Source: Callorhinchus milii | Lineage: Eukaryota | Direction: 5' to 3' | NCBI RefSeq assembly: GCF_018977255.1 | Contig: NW_024704743.1 | Coordinates: 86,492,001 to 86,556,000 of the forward strand | DNA length: 64,000 bases | Shown here: in pieces, positions 1 to 12,960 of the stretch | Position numbering within the stretch: the first letter of the stretch is position 1 | How the letters are laid out: every line of letters starts with the position of its first letter | The notes under the pieces: model-generated | Seen by the model: only the letters and a program-made list of their open reading frames with translations | What the model was told of the DNA's origin: nothing | Databases searched by the model: none | Made by a program: the position numbers and the translations under genes

Positions 1-1786
1 CCGGGCTTTCAGCCTCTCTGAAGGCAATATTCTTGTGGAAGCAGAGGGCATGGCTGACATACTGAATGAATACCTTGCATCTGTCTTCACAAAAGAAGAG
101 GATGCAGCCAATGACACAGTATCAGTGGAGAGGATAGAGAAATTGTGTAAGATACGAATAACCTGAGAAGAGGCACTAAAAAGGTTCTCGGTGCTTAAGG
201 TAAATAAGTTACCCGGTCCAGACAGGATGCATCCTAGGTTACTGAAGGAAGTAAGGGTAGAAATAGCAGAGGCTCTGGCCACAATCTTTCAATCCTCCTT
301 GGACATTGGAGTGGTGCCAAAGAACTGGAGAATTGCAAATGTTACTTCCCTGTACAAAAAGGGGCAGAAAGATAAACCCGGGACTACAAGCCAGTCAGCC
401 TAATGTCAGTAGTGGAGAAACTAGAGACAATAATCTGGAACAAAATTAATTTCCCCTTAGAAAAATATGGGTTAATAAAGGACAGCCAACATGGATTTGT
501 TAAAGGCAAATCATGTCTAACAAGCCTGATGGAGTTCTTTTGATGAAGTAACGGAGAGGGTAGATGAAGGTAGTGCAGTTGATGTAGTTTATACGGATTT
601 TCAAAAAGCGTTTGATAAAGTGCCACATAAGAGACTTGTAAGCAAAATAGAAGCTCACGGTATTCACGGGTTATTGGCAGCATTGATACAGAACTCTCTG
701 AGAGACAGAAAACAGAGTGTGGTGGTGAACGGTCGTTTTTCTGACAGGAGGGAAGTGTTCAGTGGTGTCCTCCAGGGTTCAGTATTGGGACCATTGCTGT
801 TTTTGATCTATTTAAATGACCTGAATTTGGGCATAAGGAATACAATTTCCAAGTTTGCAGATGACACTAAGCTAGGAAAAGTAGTAAACAGTGAGGAGGA
901 TAGTAGCAGACTGCCAATGGACATAAACAAACTGGTAAAATGGGCAGAGACGTGGCAGATGAAGATTAATGTGGAGACCTGCGAACTGATGCATTTTGGG
1001 AGGAAGAATGACGAGAGGCAATATAAGCTGATGGTACAATCTTAAATGGGTGAGGGAACAGAGAGACCTGGGGGTTCAAATAAGTAAACCTTTGAAGATG
1101 GCAGGACAAGTAGATAAAGCTTTTAAAATAGCATACAGGATACTAGGTTTTATAAATAGGGGATAGAATACAAAAGTTAGGAAGTTATAATAAATCTTTA
1201 TAAAACACTGGTTAGGCCTCAGCTAGAGTACAGTGTTCAGTTCTGGGCACCGCACTTTAGGAAGGATGTCAAGGCATTGGAGAGGGTGCAAAGAGATTTA
1301 CCAGGTTGGCACCAGAAATGAGGGACTTCAGTTATCAGGAGAGGCTAGAGAAGCGAGGATTATTCTCCTTGGAGCAGAGAAGGTTAAGAGCAGATTCAAT
1401 AGAAGTTTTCAAAATTTTGAGTGGAATCGATGGGGTGAAAAAGGGGAAACTATTTCCACTGGCGGGTGGGTCGGTAACCCAAGGACACCGATTTAAAATA
1501 TTTTTTAAAAGAAATAGAGGGGAGGTGAGGCGAAATGTTTCACACAGCGAGGTGTTCGGATCTGGAATGCATTGCCTGACAAGGTGGTGGAAGCCGATTC
1601 GATAACAACTTTTAGGAGAGACGTAGATAATTATTTGGGGAGGACAAGTTTCCAGGGCTATGGGGAGAAAGCGGGGGAGTGGGATTGAATTGGATAGCTC
1701 TTTTCAAAGAGCCGGCGCAGATGAGCCGAATGGCCTCCTTCTGTGCTGTATAATTTTATGATTCTATGCTTCTATGATTCTATGAT
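1..1786 (+). mobile_element. CR1-clade LINE, 3' portion (ORF2 reverse transcriptase, frameshifted) with 3' UTR and tail
   Basis: Broken ORFs read [43 protein letters not shown] and WQMKINV. The element ends in (ATTCTATG)n-type repeats at about 1755-1786, typical of CR1. It runs off the window start. Confidence 0.95.
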
Positions 1787-1794
1787 TATTAATA

Positions 1795-2975
1795 CCCTCC
1801 CATTACACATTATGCAATTCCTTAAATGAGACCTGCATTCTTGTCTGGTTCGATTCCTATCTCTCTCATCGTCTCCACTTTGTTGCCTCCAACAGTTTCT
1901 CCTCCAGCCCCCGCACTATCACATCTGGCATCCCCCAGGGCTCTGTCCTTGGCCCTCTCCTCTTTAATATCTACATGCTCCCCCTTGGTGAAATCATCCG
2001 CAGACATTGGGTCAACTTCCACATGCATGCAGATGACACCCAACTCTATCTTTCTGCCTCCACCCTCAACTCTCTGTCGGACATCAAGTCCTGGATGAGG
2101 GCAAATTTCCTACAGTTGAATGTGAACAAGACTGAGGTCCCCCTAATTGGCTCACACCAGCGTCTCTGCACCTTAGACTCTGGCAACATCAACCTCCATG
2201 GTTGCACACTATAACTCACGAAGCCAGTCAGGAACCTAAGTGTCTAGTTCGACCCTCAACTATCTTTTCTTCCCCACATTCAAGCCATGGTCTGCTCTGC
2301 CTTCCCTCACCTTGTAACATCGCCCGACTCCGCCACTACATCACCCTTCAGGCCGCTGAAACTCTTGTTCATACCTTCATCACCTCCAGGCTCAACCATG
2401 AAAACGCCCTGCTTGTTGGCCTTCCCAACTCCTCCCTCCACAGACTGTAGATAATCCAGAACCCTGCAGCCCATGTCCTCTCCCGCACCAAACTTCGTGA
2501 CCCCATCTCCCCCACTCTCGCCTGACTCCATTGGCTCCCTATCCTTCAGAGGATCCAGTTCAAGATCCTGGTCCTCACATACAAAGCCCTCCATGGCCTC
2601 GCCCCACCCTACCTCTGCGACCTCGTAAACCCCTACCATCCCGCCCATTCCTTCCAGTCAGCCGGCTCCAGCCTGCTCCACGTTCCCCTGATCCAACCAC
2701 CCCACCATTGGCGGGAGAGCCTTCAGCCACTCTGCCCCCAACTTCTGGAATTCCATCCCCAGGTCACTCCGCCTCGCCCGCCCCTTAGCCTCCTTCAAGT
2801 CGTGCCTCAAGACCCTCCTCTTCGACCATGCCATTGGCCACCCCCCTTCCCCTCCCCTCCCTTCTCCCCCCCCGACCCCAGCTCAGATCTGAAATGCTGT
2901 ACTCTGTCTAGCGCCTTGGGACGTCCTTCCGACGTGAGGACACTTGTACATTTACAAATGTAATCTTGTTGTTAT
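1795..2975 (+). mobile_element. L2-clade LINE, 5'-truncated and decayed
   Basis: RT motifs [19 protein letters not shown] and HTFITSRL; pyrimidine-rich 3' UTR; TTGTTGTT tail. Confidence 0.9.
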
Positions 2976-3004
2976 TTCACCCACACTTACTGATAACCTG
3001 TTCA

Positions 3005-3240
3005 AGTCATTATTTACCTCTGAATAAAGAAATACTGTGTGGAATCTGTCCTGAAGTTGCCCTCTGTTACATTGAATTTTTGTCCATTTATTCTGCTGCC
3101 CTGACATTTCTGAAAGTAATGAACTTTCTCAATCCTATTTAAAATCTTATGTACCTCAAAAGGTCCCCTCTGAGCTATCTCTCTTCAAGGCTGAGGAGCC
3201 CTAGCTTATCTAATCATTGCTCATAGTTCATTCCTCTAAT
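3005..3240 (-). mobile_element. Old CR1-like fragment (ORF2 C-terminal region)
   Basis: Degenerate reverse-complement similarity to the LEQRRLRAD/EVFKIL region of the CR1 at 1300-1560. Confidence 0.5.
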
Positions 3241-3257
3241 ACACTAATACAAAGTAT

Positions 3258-3362
3258 TATCAGTTCTGACAAGAGGATATCAACCTGAAACATTAACTCA
3301 CTTTCTTCTCTCCATAGATGCTGCCTGACTTGCTGAGTGCAGTATTTTTCCCTTTGTTTATG
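3258..3362 (+). mobile_element. Penelope-like element terminal remnant with degenerate hammerhead ribozyme core
   Basis: CTGACAA, an AGG/CCT stem, then GAAAC, followed by ttctctccatagatgctgcctgacttgctgag. I recognise this pattern from Penelope-type repeats in cartilaginous fish. Confidence 0.55.
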
Positions 3363-3806
3363 ATATAATAATCCTTTGCATTTAATATAGCACATTACCA
3401 CATCATTGAAACGTCTGAAAGCACTGTAGAGAATATATTATGAAGTCAATTGGCTTTGTATCTTGTGAGCGAAACTACTCACCCTTTGATTAATCTTCCA
3501 TTTTTTTCAATTATTGATGTCAGGTCTGTAGTTGCCAGGCATAGTTCTTTCTTGAATGAATATTGGAACCATATTTACTTGCATTTAAGTCCATAGGAAT
3601 CTCCAGGGGTGATTGACTCCTTATAATATCTCAGTCCTACACAAATCTCTTATCTTGTCCCCCTGTAAACCCTGGGGCACAATTTATCCTTCCCTGTGGA
3701 TTTGTACACTACCAAAATAAAATTGATCATTCACTTCATGACTATTTTGTGGGACATAATTGTGTGCAAATGAGCTGCTGTGTTTGGTAACAAATACACA
3801 GTCATT

Positions 3807-4654
3807 ACAACAACAACAAAATTACATTTGTATAGTGCCTTTTACATTGGGAGGATGTCCCAAGGCGCTGGACAGACAGAATTACAGACCCGAGCTCGAA
3901 AGCACAGTCGAAGAGGAGGGTCTTGAGATGGGTCTTGAAGGAGACAAGGGAAGGGATAAGGCGGAGGGACTGTGGAATGGAGTTCCAGAGGGTGGAGGCA
4001 GAGTGGCTGAAGGCCTGCCTGCCAATGGTGGGGCTGGCGAGGCAGGGGACGTGAAGCAGACCGGAGCTCGCTGAGCGGAGGGAGCGGGCAGGGTGGTAGG
4101 AGATTAGGAAGTCACAGAGGTAGGTGAGAGCAAGGCCATGGAGAGCTTTGAAGGTGAGGACCAGGATCTTGAACTGTATCCCCAGTGTGATGGGAAGTCA
4201 CTGGAATCGGGTGAGGATGGGGGTGATAGGATCACAGAGCCTGGTGTGGGAGAGGACACGAGATGCAGAGTTTTGGATGATCTGCAACCTATGGAGGGAG
4301 GAGCTGGGAAAGCCAACAAACAGGGGGTTTGCATAATCAAGCCTGGATATTATGAATGCTTGTATTTTCGGCGGCCTGCGGTGTGAGACAATGGATGAAC
4401 GGGGTAATGTTGCGAAGATGGGGGAAGGCAAAGTGGGTAATAGCACAGATGTGGGGTAGAAAGGATAGCTGAGGGTGAAACAAGATGCCAAGGTTCCGGA
4501 CTGGCTTAATAAGGTGGAGTGTGCAACCATGGATGGTGATACTGTCAGCACCTAAGGTGTGAAGGTGCCGACGGGAGCCAATCAAGAGGGCCTCGGTCTT
4601 GTTGACGTTCAACTGAAGAAAGTTAGCTCTCATCCAGGATTTGATGTCTGACAG

Positions 4655-4659
<5 letters not shown>
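3807..4659 (-). mobile_element. L2 LINE 3' part (interrupted by a SINE at 4660)
   Basis: (CAA)n tail at 3807; minus-strand ORFs read [19 protein letters not shown] and AFIISRLDYAN. Confidence 0.9.
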
Positions 4660-4686
<27 letters not shown>

Positions 4687-4987
4687 CCTTGCATTTGATA
4701 TAGCGCTTTTCACGTCGGGAGGACGTCCCAAAGCGCTTCACAGAATAGACTGTAAAGTGAATTGACTGTATATTTGTGGGCGAACGCGGCAGCCAATTGC
4801 GCACAGCAATGTCCCACAAACAGTCGTAGATTGAAAATGACCAATTTATTATTGTTTTGGGTTTTGGAGGGATTATTATTAGGCGTGTGGAGTAAGGAAA
4901 CTTGCCCAAGGTTTCGCCCTGCCTGGAATTGAACTCAGGTCTCTCACTTGCAAAGCGAGTGCTCTAACCACTGAGCTACAGGACTCC
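4660..4987 (-). mobile_element. Young tRNA-derived SINE (short form), full length, inserted into L2
   Basis: Minus-strand head GGAGTCCTGTAGCTCAGTGG (A box) and GAGTTCAATTCC (B box); (ATT)n tail; ACATT duplicated at 4655-4659 and 4988-4992. Confidence 0.93.
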
Positions 4988-5174
4988 ACATTCTGTCAGG
5001 ACAGCAGTGGTCTTGGAATCAAGGTGGAGACAGAGAGGTAGAGTTGGATGCCATCCGCATATATGTGGAAATTGACCCCATGGTCTGCGGATGATGTCAC
5101 CAAGAGGGAGCATATAGATACTGAAGAGGAGGGGACCAAAGACAGAGCCCTGAGGAACGCGACATGAGACAGTA
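4988..5174 (-). mobile_element. L2 LINE upstream part (continuation of 3807-4659)
   Basis: Reads [23 protein letters not shown]...VLTEC, which rejoins [12 protein letters not shown] on the other side of the SINE. Confidence 0.9.
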
Positions 5175-5242
5175 AACAACAACAACAACAAAATTAGATT
5201 TATAGAGCGCCTTTCATGTCGGGAGGACATCCCAAAGCGTTG
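5175..5242 (-). mobile_element. Short L2 3' tail fragment
   Basis: (CAA)n plus the 3' stem-loop sequence seen in other L2 copies. Confidence 0.75.
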
Positions 5243-6204
5243 TAAAATCTGTGAATTGCTTTTAGATGTCCTTTTTATGTGAAAGGTGGTATATTAAATG
5301 CAAGGATTATTTATCATTTTTATTTTCCAATTGTTATCTCGCACTAAATCCATCTGCTATGATGTTGACTTACAGTGACTAACATCATTCCACTACAGGG
5401 TGCATAGCCTTGAAAATCTCAGGCAACAGTGCTATACAAACAAGTAAACTTTTAGACGGGATAAATGATTTGTTCAATCGTATAGAACATTGCAGCAGAG
5501 AAACATGTCTTTCAGCCATAGTAGGTTTTTTCCCTTTAAAGCCAAGCAGATCCTGCTTTCCTGTTTTACTATCCCTTAATACTGCTCTTAATATTGCTTC
5601 AATTCTCTCTACTTTCCTTTAAAATAATTGATGGATTCTGCTTCAACTACAGTTTTTCCAGAGAATTGCATATTCCAGCATTGTCATTTTAAAAAAATCT
5701 TCTCCTATAATTCCTTTTGTGATTAACAACTTTGAATTGAAAATAATTTTCAAGAAACCATAGAAGCAATCTCCATCTCACTCTTTGACTTTCTTCATAT
5801 AACGCTGTCTCTCCCAAACTTTGTCTTGCATTCTCTCTGACTTTAATTTTCCATCTCTAACTTTGGTTGATTCTTTTTTCTCTCTTTCTCTTGGATTATT
5901 TATTTTTCTTTCTCTGTCTCAGAGTCTCTCTCTCTCACTCTCTCTTTCTAATCCTGACATTTCCCTGTCTCTATCCCTACACTGAGGTAACAATTTATTG
6001 AATAAAAGCTTTAGCTGGTGGTCTACAGCTTTGCTCATGAGTAAATTAAAGACCTGGTAAATTGCACACATTTGTGTAACTATTATTTTTGGCAACATTA
6101 CACTTCCACATTGGAGCCAAAATGGATCAGCCAACCTGTGGACGGTCAGTGTATAGATGTGTACTGTTTTCCTGCAGTCTGTGGGAGTGACAGGATGGTT
6201 TGTA

Positions 6205-6879
6205 ATAGTCACTTGACTTTACAAAATACCCTATGGAGCACTTTGGTATGTCTACCTGATGTGAAAGGCACTACTACAACAACTTGCATTTATATGGCGT
6301 CCTTCATATTCCAGCCACCCTTTATGTAAATAGTTTGCACAAGATCAGACAACCGAATCAGATGAAGATGGATCTTTGACCCATTTGATCTCATCCTTCC
6401 AGAATACCGCCCCTAAAGTCCTCATTACAAACTACAATCCTTTCACATCAGAAGGACATCCCAAGCCGCAGGACAGTGGAGCTTTGCATCCAAGCTGAAG
6501 TGAGGGAGGCAAGGGAGGTAAAGGGGAGAAGATGGCCGAAAGGGTGAGGAAAGAGTGGAAGGGGATGAGGGAAGGGTGAGGCAAAGGGCCTCTGGAATGG
6601 AGTTTTGGTGAATGTGAGCAAATGTGCTGAAAATCTGACTGTTGATGGCGGGTGGGCAGGCTGCGGACATAAAGCAAGCTGGTGCCCACCAAGTGGAGGA
6701 AGCAGCCATATTGGTAGCAGGAAATCGTAGCGGGAGGGTAGAGCAAGACTGTGGAAGGACGTAAAGGTTACAATATAGTCACTTCACTTTACAATATATC
6801 CTATGGAGTGTTTTGGGATGTCTACCTGATTTGAAAGATTCTACTACAATAACTTGCATTTATATAGCATCCTTCACAT
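6205..6879 (+). repeat. About 105-bp diverged direct repeat (6205-6308 and 6775-6879) flanking old CR1 and L2 3' fragments
   Basis: The two copies align without gaps at an offset of 570 bp. Confidence 0.8.
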
Positions 6880-7446
6880 GGGATACTGTTGTGGAGTGCT
6901 CAACAATGGCATAGCTTGCTCAGCAAAAAATATTTAAGACCAGGTGGAATTTAAGACCTGTAGTGTCTACACACATTTACAAATAAAAGTGCCTCACTGT
7001 TGGGTCTTGTTCTTTTTTTCCATATTATTTTGGTTAATATTCATCTAAACTACAGATGGACTTGAAGTCAAAGGTGCTCTGTTCATCCCAATACTTTACA
7101 ATTTATACAGGACTATTAAATTCCAGTAAAACAAACACTATGATTCTGTTTCCTACCCTTTGGGAATATTGCACAGTTTATTTTCCAGTAAATGTCTATA
7201 GGTCTAGCCTCATAATCTCTGAAGCGGGAGAAAAATTCTTTCGAGGTTCCATGGGAAGTACTTCATGCACAATGGTAGCAGGTAGCAGTAAAAAAAACCA
7301 CCTCAATCAGAAACTTACAAGAAACAATTTGTGATCTTATTTAGTGAGTTATTTGGTTGGCCTGAAAAGGAGAGATATTTATCACTGTCATATTATAGCA
7401 CTGGCGATGACTGTTCTCTTTCTACTAATCCCTGTTGTTTACTCTT

Positions 7447-7525
7447 CTGACCCAACTGTGCAGCGCCTTGGGACGTCCTCCTGACGTGAAAGGCGCTTTA
7501 TAAATGGAATCTTGTTGTTGTTGTT
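7447..7525 (+). mobile_element. Young L2 extreme 3' end (heavily 5'-truncated)
   Basis: Near-identical to 56057-56135; ends in (TTG)n. Confidence 0.85.
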
Positions 7526-7726
7526 CCTCATTTGTTCTCTTACTCTTTCCAACCAGGGTGATGGCCACAAAGTCTCAATTTTGTCCTATTAATATCCCAT
7601 GCTATGGTCAATGAGTGGCTGTGGATATATGCAGAGTAGCCATCTGTCAAGTGGATTCAGCAAGCCTTTATATAATTAGACTGCTAAATGGTTGCATCTT
7701 TCTTTTGTGGGTGTTACTGCATGGAA

Positions 7727-7854
7727 TGGCTGCCCACATATTCTCACATAATTGCACTTAAACTAGTGTTAATGGTTTCAATATAATTTTATAATACATT
7801 GAAACCATTAATAATTGGTTTGAAGTGCAGTTATGTGATAATATGTGGAAGCCA
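7727..7854. repeat. Imperfect palindrome, MITE-like
   Basis: Arms ccacatattctcacataattgcactt...ttaatggtttcaat and attgaaaccattaat...aagtgcagttatgtgataatatgtgg around a spacer of about 15 nt. Confidence 0.8.
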
Positions 7855-9099
7855 CATGAGGAAATGTGCAAGCATTATTTATTATTATTTATTCCAGATC
7901 ATCATCCCATTTCCTGATAAATTGTAAATTGTCAAACCGAGGTTCAGTTGTGATAATAATGGGCATTAGGAGGTTCCCTTCCTGCAATTTCAAAGAAAAT
8001 TGGCAAGTTTCTCCTTATTTTCCTGCCTATTATTACTCCCTTCATCCAAACGTACACCCAAAAATTCAAATTTCAACTCATCTCAGTATTGTTTGTCGGA
8101 TGTTGTAGGTACAGATTAGTTGCTGTGTCCATAACATTCTCTTAATTTTTGACTGTTCCTGTTGTGTCAACATTTCCAGAAGTCTACACTCTACATGTAA
8201 AGTTCCCTGTGAGTGCAAATTGTTTTTCCTGTTTGAGAACAGATAACTTGTGAAATAAGCTCAGCTCCCAGAGTTACCCAACCTGCAAATCTAATCGGTG
8301 GTCACAGGGAATGTTGCTGGGTGTTTTATGCTGGAGTTACTCTTCTCAATTGATGTTTTTATTTTTGTTATTTCTTTCAAGGGCCACAAACTTTGTTCAA
8401 CTCACACACAAGGGTTGTGGACAGTCCTCTGCTGTGTTAACTGGTGTGGCCAAACTTCATGACATGTCTGAAAGGAAAGTGCTCCTCAGGGAAAACTTGT
8501 CTCACTCGACTTTCTGTTCTTTTGAAATGTTTCAGTTGATCCAAGATGTTATCTGATATTTGTGAAAGAAAAGAATCACAATACATCAACTGATGTTTAT
8601 TGCTGTTCCTGCTGATCATATAGCCTCAGAAGAATGGAGATAAAGGACACATTTCCATGTTTGGTGTGCGTCAGTGAAGTAGTGACTTTACCGCATGCAT
8701 CTTCCTATTTCTCATCTAAAAACAATAGTGAAAGTATTTTTTCAAATGAATCACTAAACTCAATTATTGGAATACTTCATGGAGGTCTGCGTGCTAAGAG
8801 GGTTTTTTGACAAACTTGTTTGCACATAACTCACTAGTAACTATGTCAGTCCTGAGTCATATGGTCAGTGACTTCACTTGTGGAAAGAAGCAATGTATCA
8901 CACAGACCTCCCTGAAATAGCCTTTATGGCTCTTTTTACTGCAAAACTGAGGTGAGGGGCCAAGGCCTACAGTTCAAGACACTAGCAAAGTTTGAAATAG
9001 TAGGAGAGAGGGTGAGATAAATCATGTGATGGTTTGATGACAACTTGTACTTGTTTTTTTGGTCATTTATTGGAAAATAAACTGTGTGATATTATCACA

Positions 9100-9330
9100 G
9101 GTAAGGACACTGAGAGAAACTCCCTTCTCTTTTTGAATAGTGCCATGGAATCTTTAACATCTACCTGAACAGGGAGATGGGTCCTCAGTTTAATGTCTCA
9201 TCCGAAGGACAGCACCTCCAACAATGTAGGACACCCCCAGCATTGCATTGGAATATCAACTTAGACTATGTGATTCAACATCCTGACATGGGTCCTGAAC
9301 CCACAGCTTCCTACTCAGAGACTCACGCAA
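9100..9330 (-). mobile_element. Old SINE, Deu-domain-like family
   Basis: Reverse complement of the 39574-40020 element (aatagtgccatggaatctttaacatctacctgaac...tctcatccgaaggacagcacctc). Confidence 0.75.
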
Positions 9331-11069
9331 ACACATTCATATGAACTCAGTGACAGTAAGTTTGTGCTGCTTTACAGGCTGAGTTAAATCAGTGTCCTAT
9401 GTTGTGATGCTCAAATTAGTTAAAAGTATATTGGCTACCTGCAATTGCTTAACAAAGTGAATGGAGCATTGGAACCAGCAGTGACCCGTCCTGCCCACCA
9501 TTATTCAAGGAAAGTCTGTCAAATTGTGTTTCAGAACCACCATTCCCTGCCCCCACTACCCCCCGCCCTCTAATTTCTGAACAGTGGCAGCACCCAATTC
9601 TTGTGTGTGAAAAGCCGTGGAACTGTCGCTGTTCCAGTCTTGTGGGAAACACCATTAACCAAGCTCCGGGAAATATAAGGACAATCCAGGAAATCACAGG
9701 CTGACAATTCAGTGCAGTACGAGGGAATGCTGCCAACTGTGCCAGGCTAACACACATTTGACGCTGTGATCACATCTGATATTCTGCACAAGACTCATTT
9801 TTCATTGCCTTAAGAGTTCAAAGCAGACTCCACTCCGATCGGCAGAGCTTTTCAGCTAACATCTCTGATTGATAGATAGGATAAGTCACTGGCAACTTGT
9901 CTTAGCATTTTAAGAAGTAACAGCAATCTGAAATCATGAATGTTGATGACCCATCTCTGAGTTGGATTGAAACTTTGGAAGCTCTTATAATGAAAGGAAT
10001 GTGTTACAGACTGTGTTGACTTAGCCCAGCGACCTGCCAGCTGCTGCACTGCCATGGTAGTGATTAAAATAAAGGGAATAAACGTAACCTGCATCTGCTG
10101 ATAGGGGAGACATGTATTACTCTAACTATGCTTTTGACTTGAATAGCATTTATCCTTTCAAAAAAAATTAGGCTATTACGTTACTGTGGCTTTTCCATGG
10201 CAGAGAGCCCAAACACCACAGGCATTTCCTCTGTTGGCCCAAAACTTGCAAAAATAAACACCACAGTAAGTAATTATCAGTACCAAGAATATCTTTATGG
10301 TCTGTATTGTTATGCATTTCGCTTCCACAAAATATACCGTCAATACACTTTACAGTATATTCTGTGAAGCACTTTGAGACATCTCAAACCTGTGATAAGA
10401 CACTACATCAAATGCAACGATTATTATTATTATTCCTTTGTGGCAGTTATGCTTCACTTTCGATCCCTTTTATTGTAATTAATTATTTCCTATCTCATTT
10501 AAAAGTAAAGGGATGTTTCATGAGTACCTCTTTCTTTACATTAATAATAATATGATAATAAATATTTTAATCTGATTGGTGTGTCATGGCACTGTTATAA
10601 ATGGTTCCCAAGGTTTCAGTAGCCCTAAATTCATTTCTTCAATTTCTGCTGAACAAAACCGTAGAGAAGCACACTACTAGAACTGGAATCTGGTTTGAAT
10701 GCTGCTGGGATTCACTGGAATAAACGTATAAGTCGTTGTAGTTCAGACAAATACATGTTTTGACCCAAAACTTCCCAGGGCTTTCAAGTTCTTATTATGT
10801 TGGATGATAAACTAAAATGCAAACCCAACTTGACATTTCAAGAGTGCAGCACAGACAATTCTTTTTTGACTTAGAATATTATGCTATGATACTGTAAACA
10901 TATCTAAAATTCATATCCAAGGAGTTACTAACAACAACAAGATTACATTTGTATAGCGCCTTTCACGTTGGAAGGACGTCCCAAGACACTGACAGCATGT
11001 CTTTTCATGTACAGCATGTTGTACATATTATACGATCTTTCAAGTTAAACTACTCAAGAACTTTGCTCA

Positions 11070-11400
11070 GGATGATGTTGTTTCGGAAGTTCTGTTTTCT
11101 GACCAAAACTATTTTCCTGCCCCTTCACCACCTTACCTGCCTCCATCCCCATCCCATGTTCAGTGTGGCAGAAACCCTCATTCATGCTTTCATTACCTTC
11201 AGACTTGACTGTCCAAATGCCCTCTTTGTTGACTTCGCCAGATCCACCATCGACAAGCTTCAACTCATTTAAGCATTTGCCTACCACATTTGTACCCATC
11301 ACTCCCTGTCCTTGCTGGGTTTCACTAGTTTCCTCTTTCTCAGGGGATCAACTTCAAGTTTCTTATTCTAACTTACAAATCCCTTCCCTCCCTCACACTT
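11070..11400 (+). mobile_element. Old L2 fragment
   Basis: Reads AETLIHAFITFRLDCPNALF...KLQLI. Confidence 0.75.
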
Positions 11401-12577
11401 GTATTTAAGAGGAAGACTCAATTCATACATGAGGGTAAACGTAACAGAGGGGTAGAATCCCGATGTGAAAGGCGTTATATCAATGTAAATTTGTTCTTGT
11501 TGTTGTGAGGGGAATTGGGAATATGGAGAATCTGGAGAGGGGATTACAAAGGGTGGAGGCTCATAAAGAGTATTAACCAGCAAGGTCTAATTAGGTTGAA
11601 TGGTTTGTATCCATGCTGTAACAGTATGTAATTCCATATATTCCAGAAACTCGTCTGCCTCCCATATATGACGTAGTGTCTCCAGCTGTACGTTAATGTA
11701 ATGCGGAGGGTGGGGGGGCTGATGGAGGGAAAATTGGCACACTTTCTACCTTATCCCATTGAATATCCAACTCAAGTTGACCATTTCTAAGCTGTCAGTG
11801 GTGGCTGCCATAGAGACCTTGTGTAGTTTAGAATGCTATGGCTTCCCTGAGAGAAGAAATTGCTCTGTGGCAAGTAGCCATTGGCAAACAAAACAAAGGG
11901 AAATTAGGAAAAAAATGTAAACAATATATTTTCAGCCATCAATCTAAATGTTTAAAGGAAAGCATCGAATAAGAGGCAGCACGTACAGCCAGTTCAGTTA
12001 GAAGCAAGACTCCATAAGGGGATAAGTCACTTCAAATCTCAAGGGAAGTAATAATGTAAAACTAACCTGTACGAATGATTCATGTCACCTCGACTCTGCT
12101 ATTTGAAAATACTCTCATGTTAATGTTATGACTAACTCCAGTACAGCAACACAGCACCAAAATAAACTGTGGCTCGTACCTCTCATCAGGATTCGGTGTA
12201 AACTTTTCCTGACATGAGCAAACCTCTTTGATTGCTTGCTTTCCCAGCTCACTACACTGATGCTAGAGCATAGATGTCCAAAGCCAATATCACACTGAGA
12301 CCTCCCGAAAGAACCTTGTACCTTTGTATGGCTTGTTTTAGTCTGTTATTCTCACTCTACTTCATCTTAAAAAAACACATATCGGCTTTCAGGAATTCAA
12401 GCTTGAATGTTACACATGTACAACTCAGAACAGCAAAGGGGTAAAGGGATCTACTTGCATTTACCATGCACTTTAGCTTCATCTCTAGTTCAGTGTTTCA
12501 AAGATATTGAAGGAAATTGAACGAAGGTCCATATCAGAGCAGTGACATAGCACAACTTCTTTGGACATACAAGATAT

Positions 12578-12960
12578 TAATAATCCTTGCATTTGGTTTT
12601 GCGCCTTTCATGTTGGGAGGATTCCTCAAAGCGCTTCACAGTATTTATTGTGAAGTGTAGTGACTGCGTATTTTATGAGACGATGCAGGAGCCAATTTGT
12701 GCCCACATTGTTGGCCACAACACTGGGAAAAACTCCCTTCACTTTTCAAAAAATGCAATGGGATCTTTAACATCCACTTGAACAGGCAGATGGACCTCAA
12801 TTTAACATCCAATCTCAATTTCTAACAATCCAGCGCACCCCTAGCCCCTCATTGAAGTGTCTGCTTAGACTTATATGAGCTCAAAGTCCCAACGTGGGGA
12901 CATGAACCTACACCTCTGACTCAGAGGTTAGAATGTAACCAACTGAGTCAAGCTGACACC
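12578..12960 (-). mobile_element. Old SINE, Deu-domain-like family, near full length
   Basis: Tail taatccttgcattt, core atgggatctttaacatccacttgaacaggcaga, head ctctgactcagagg...aactgagtcaagctg. Confidence 0.75.

Noticed and set aside
8382..8556. Strong plus-strand acceptor (tttctttcaag|) followed by an open frame
   Set aside because: No good donor or recognisable peptide; an isolated signal.
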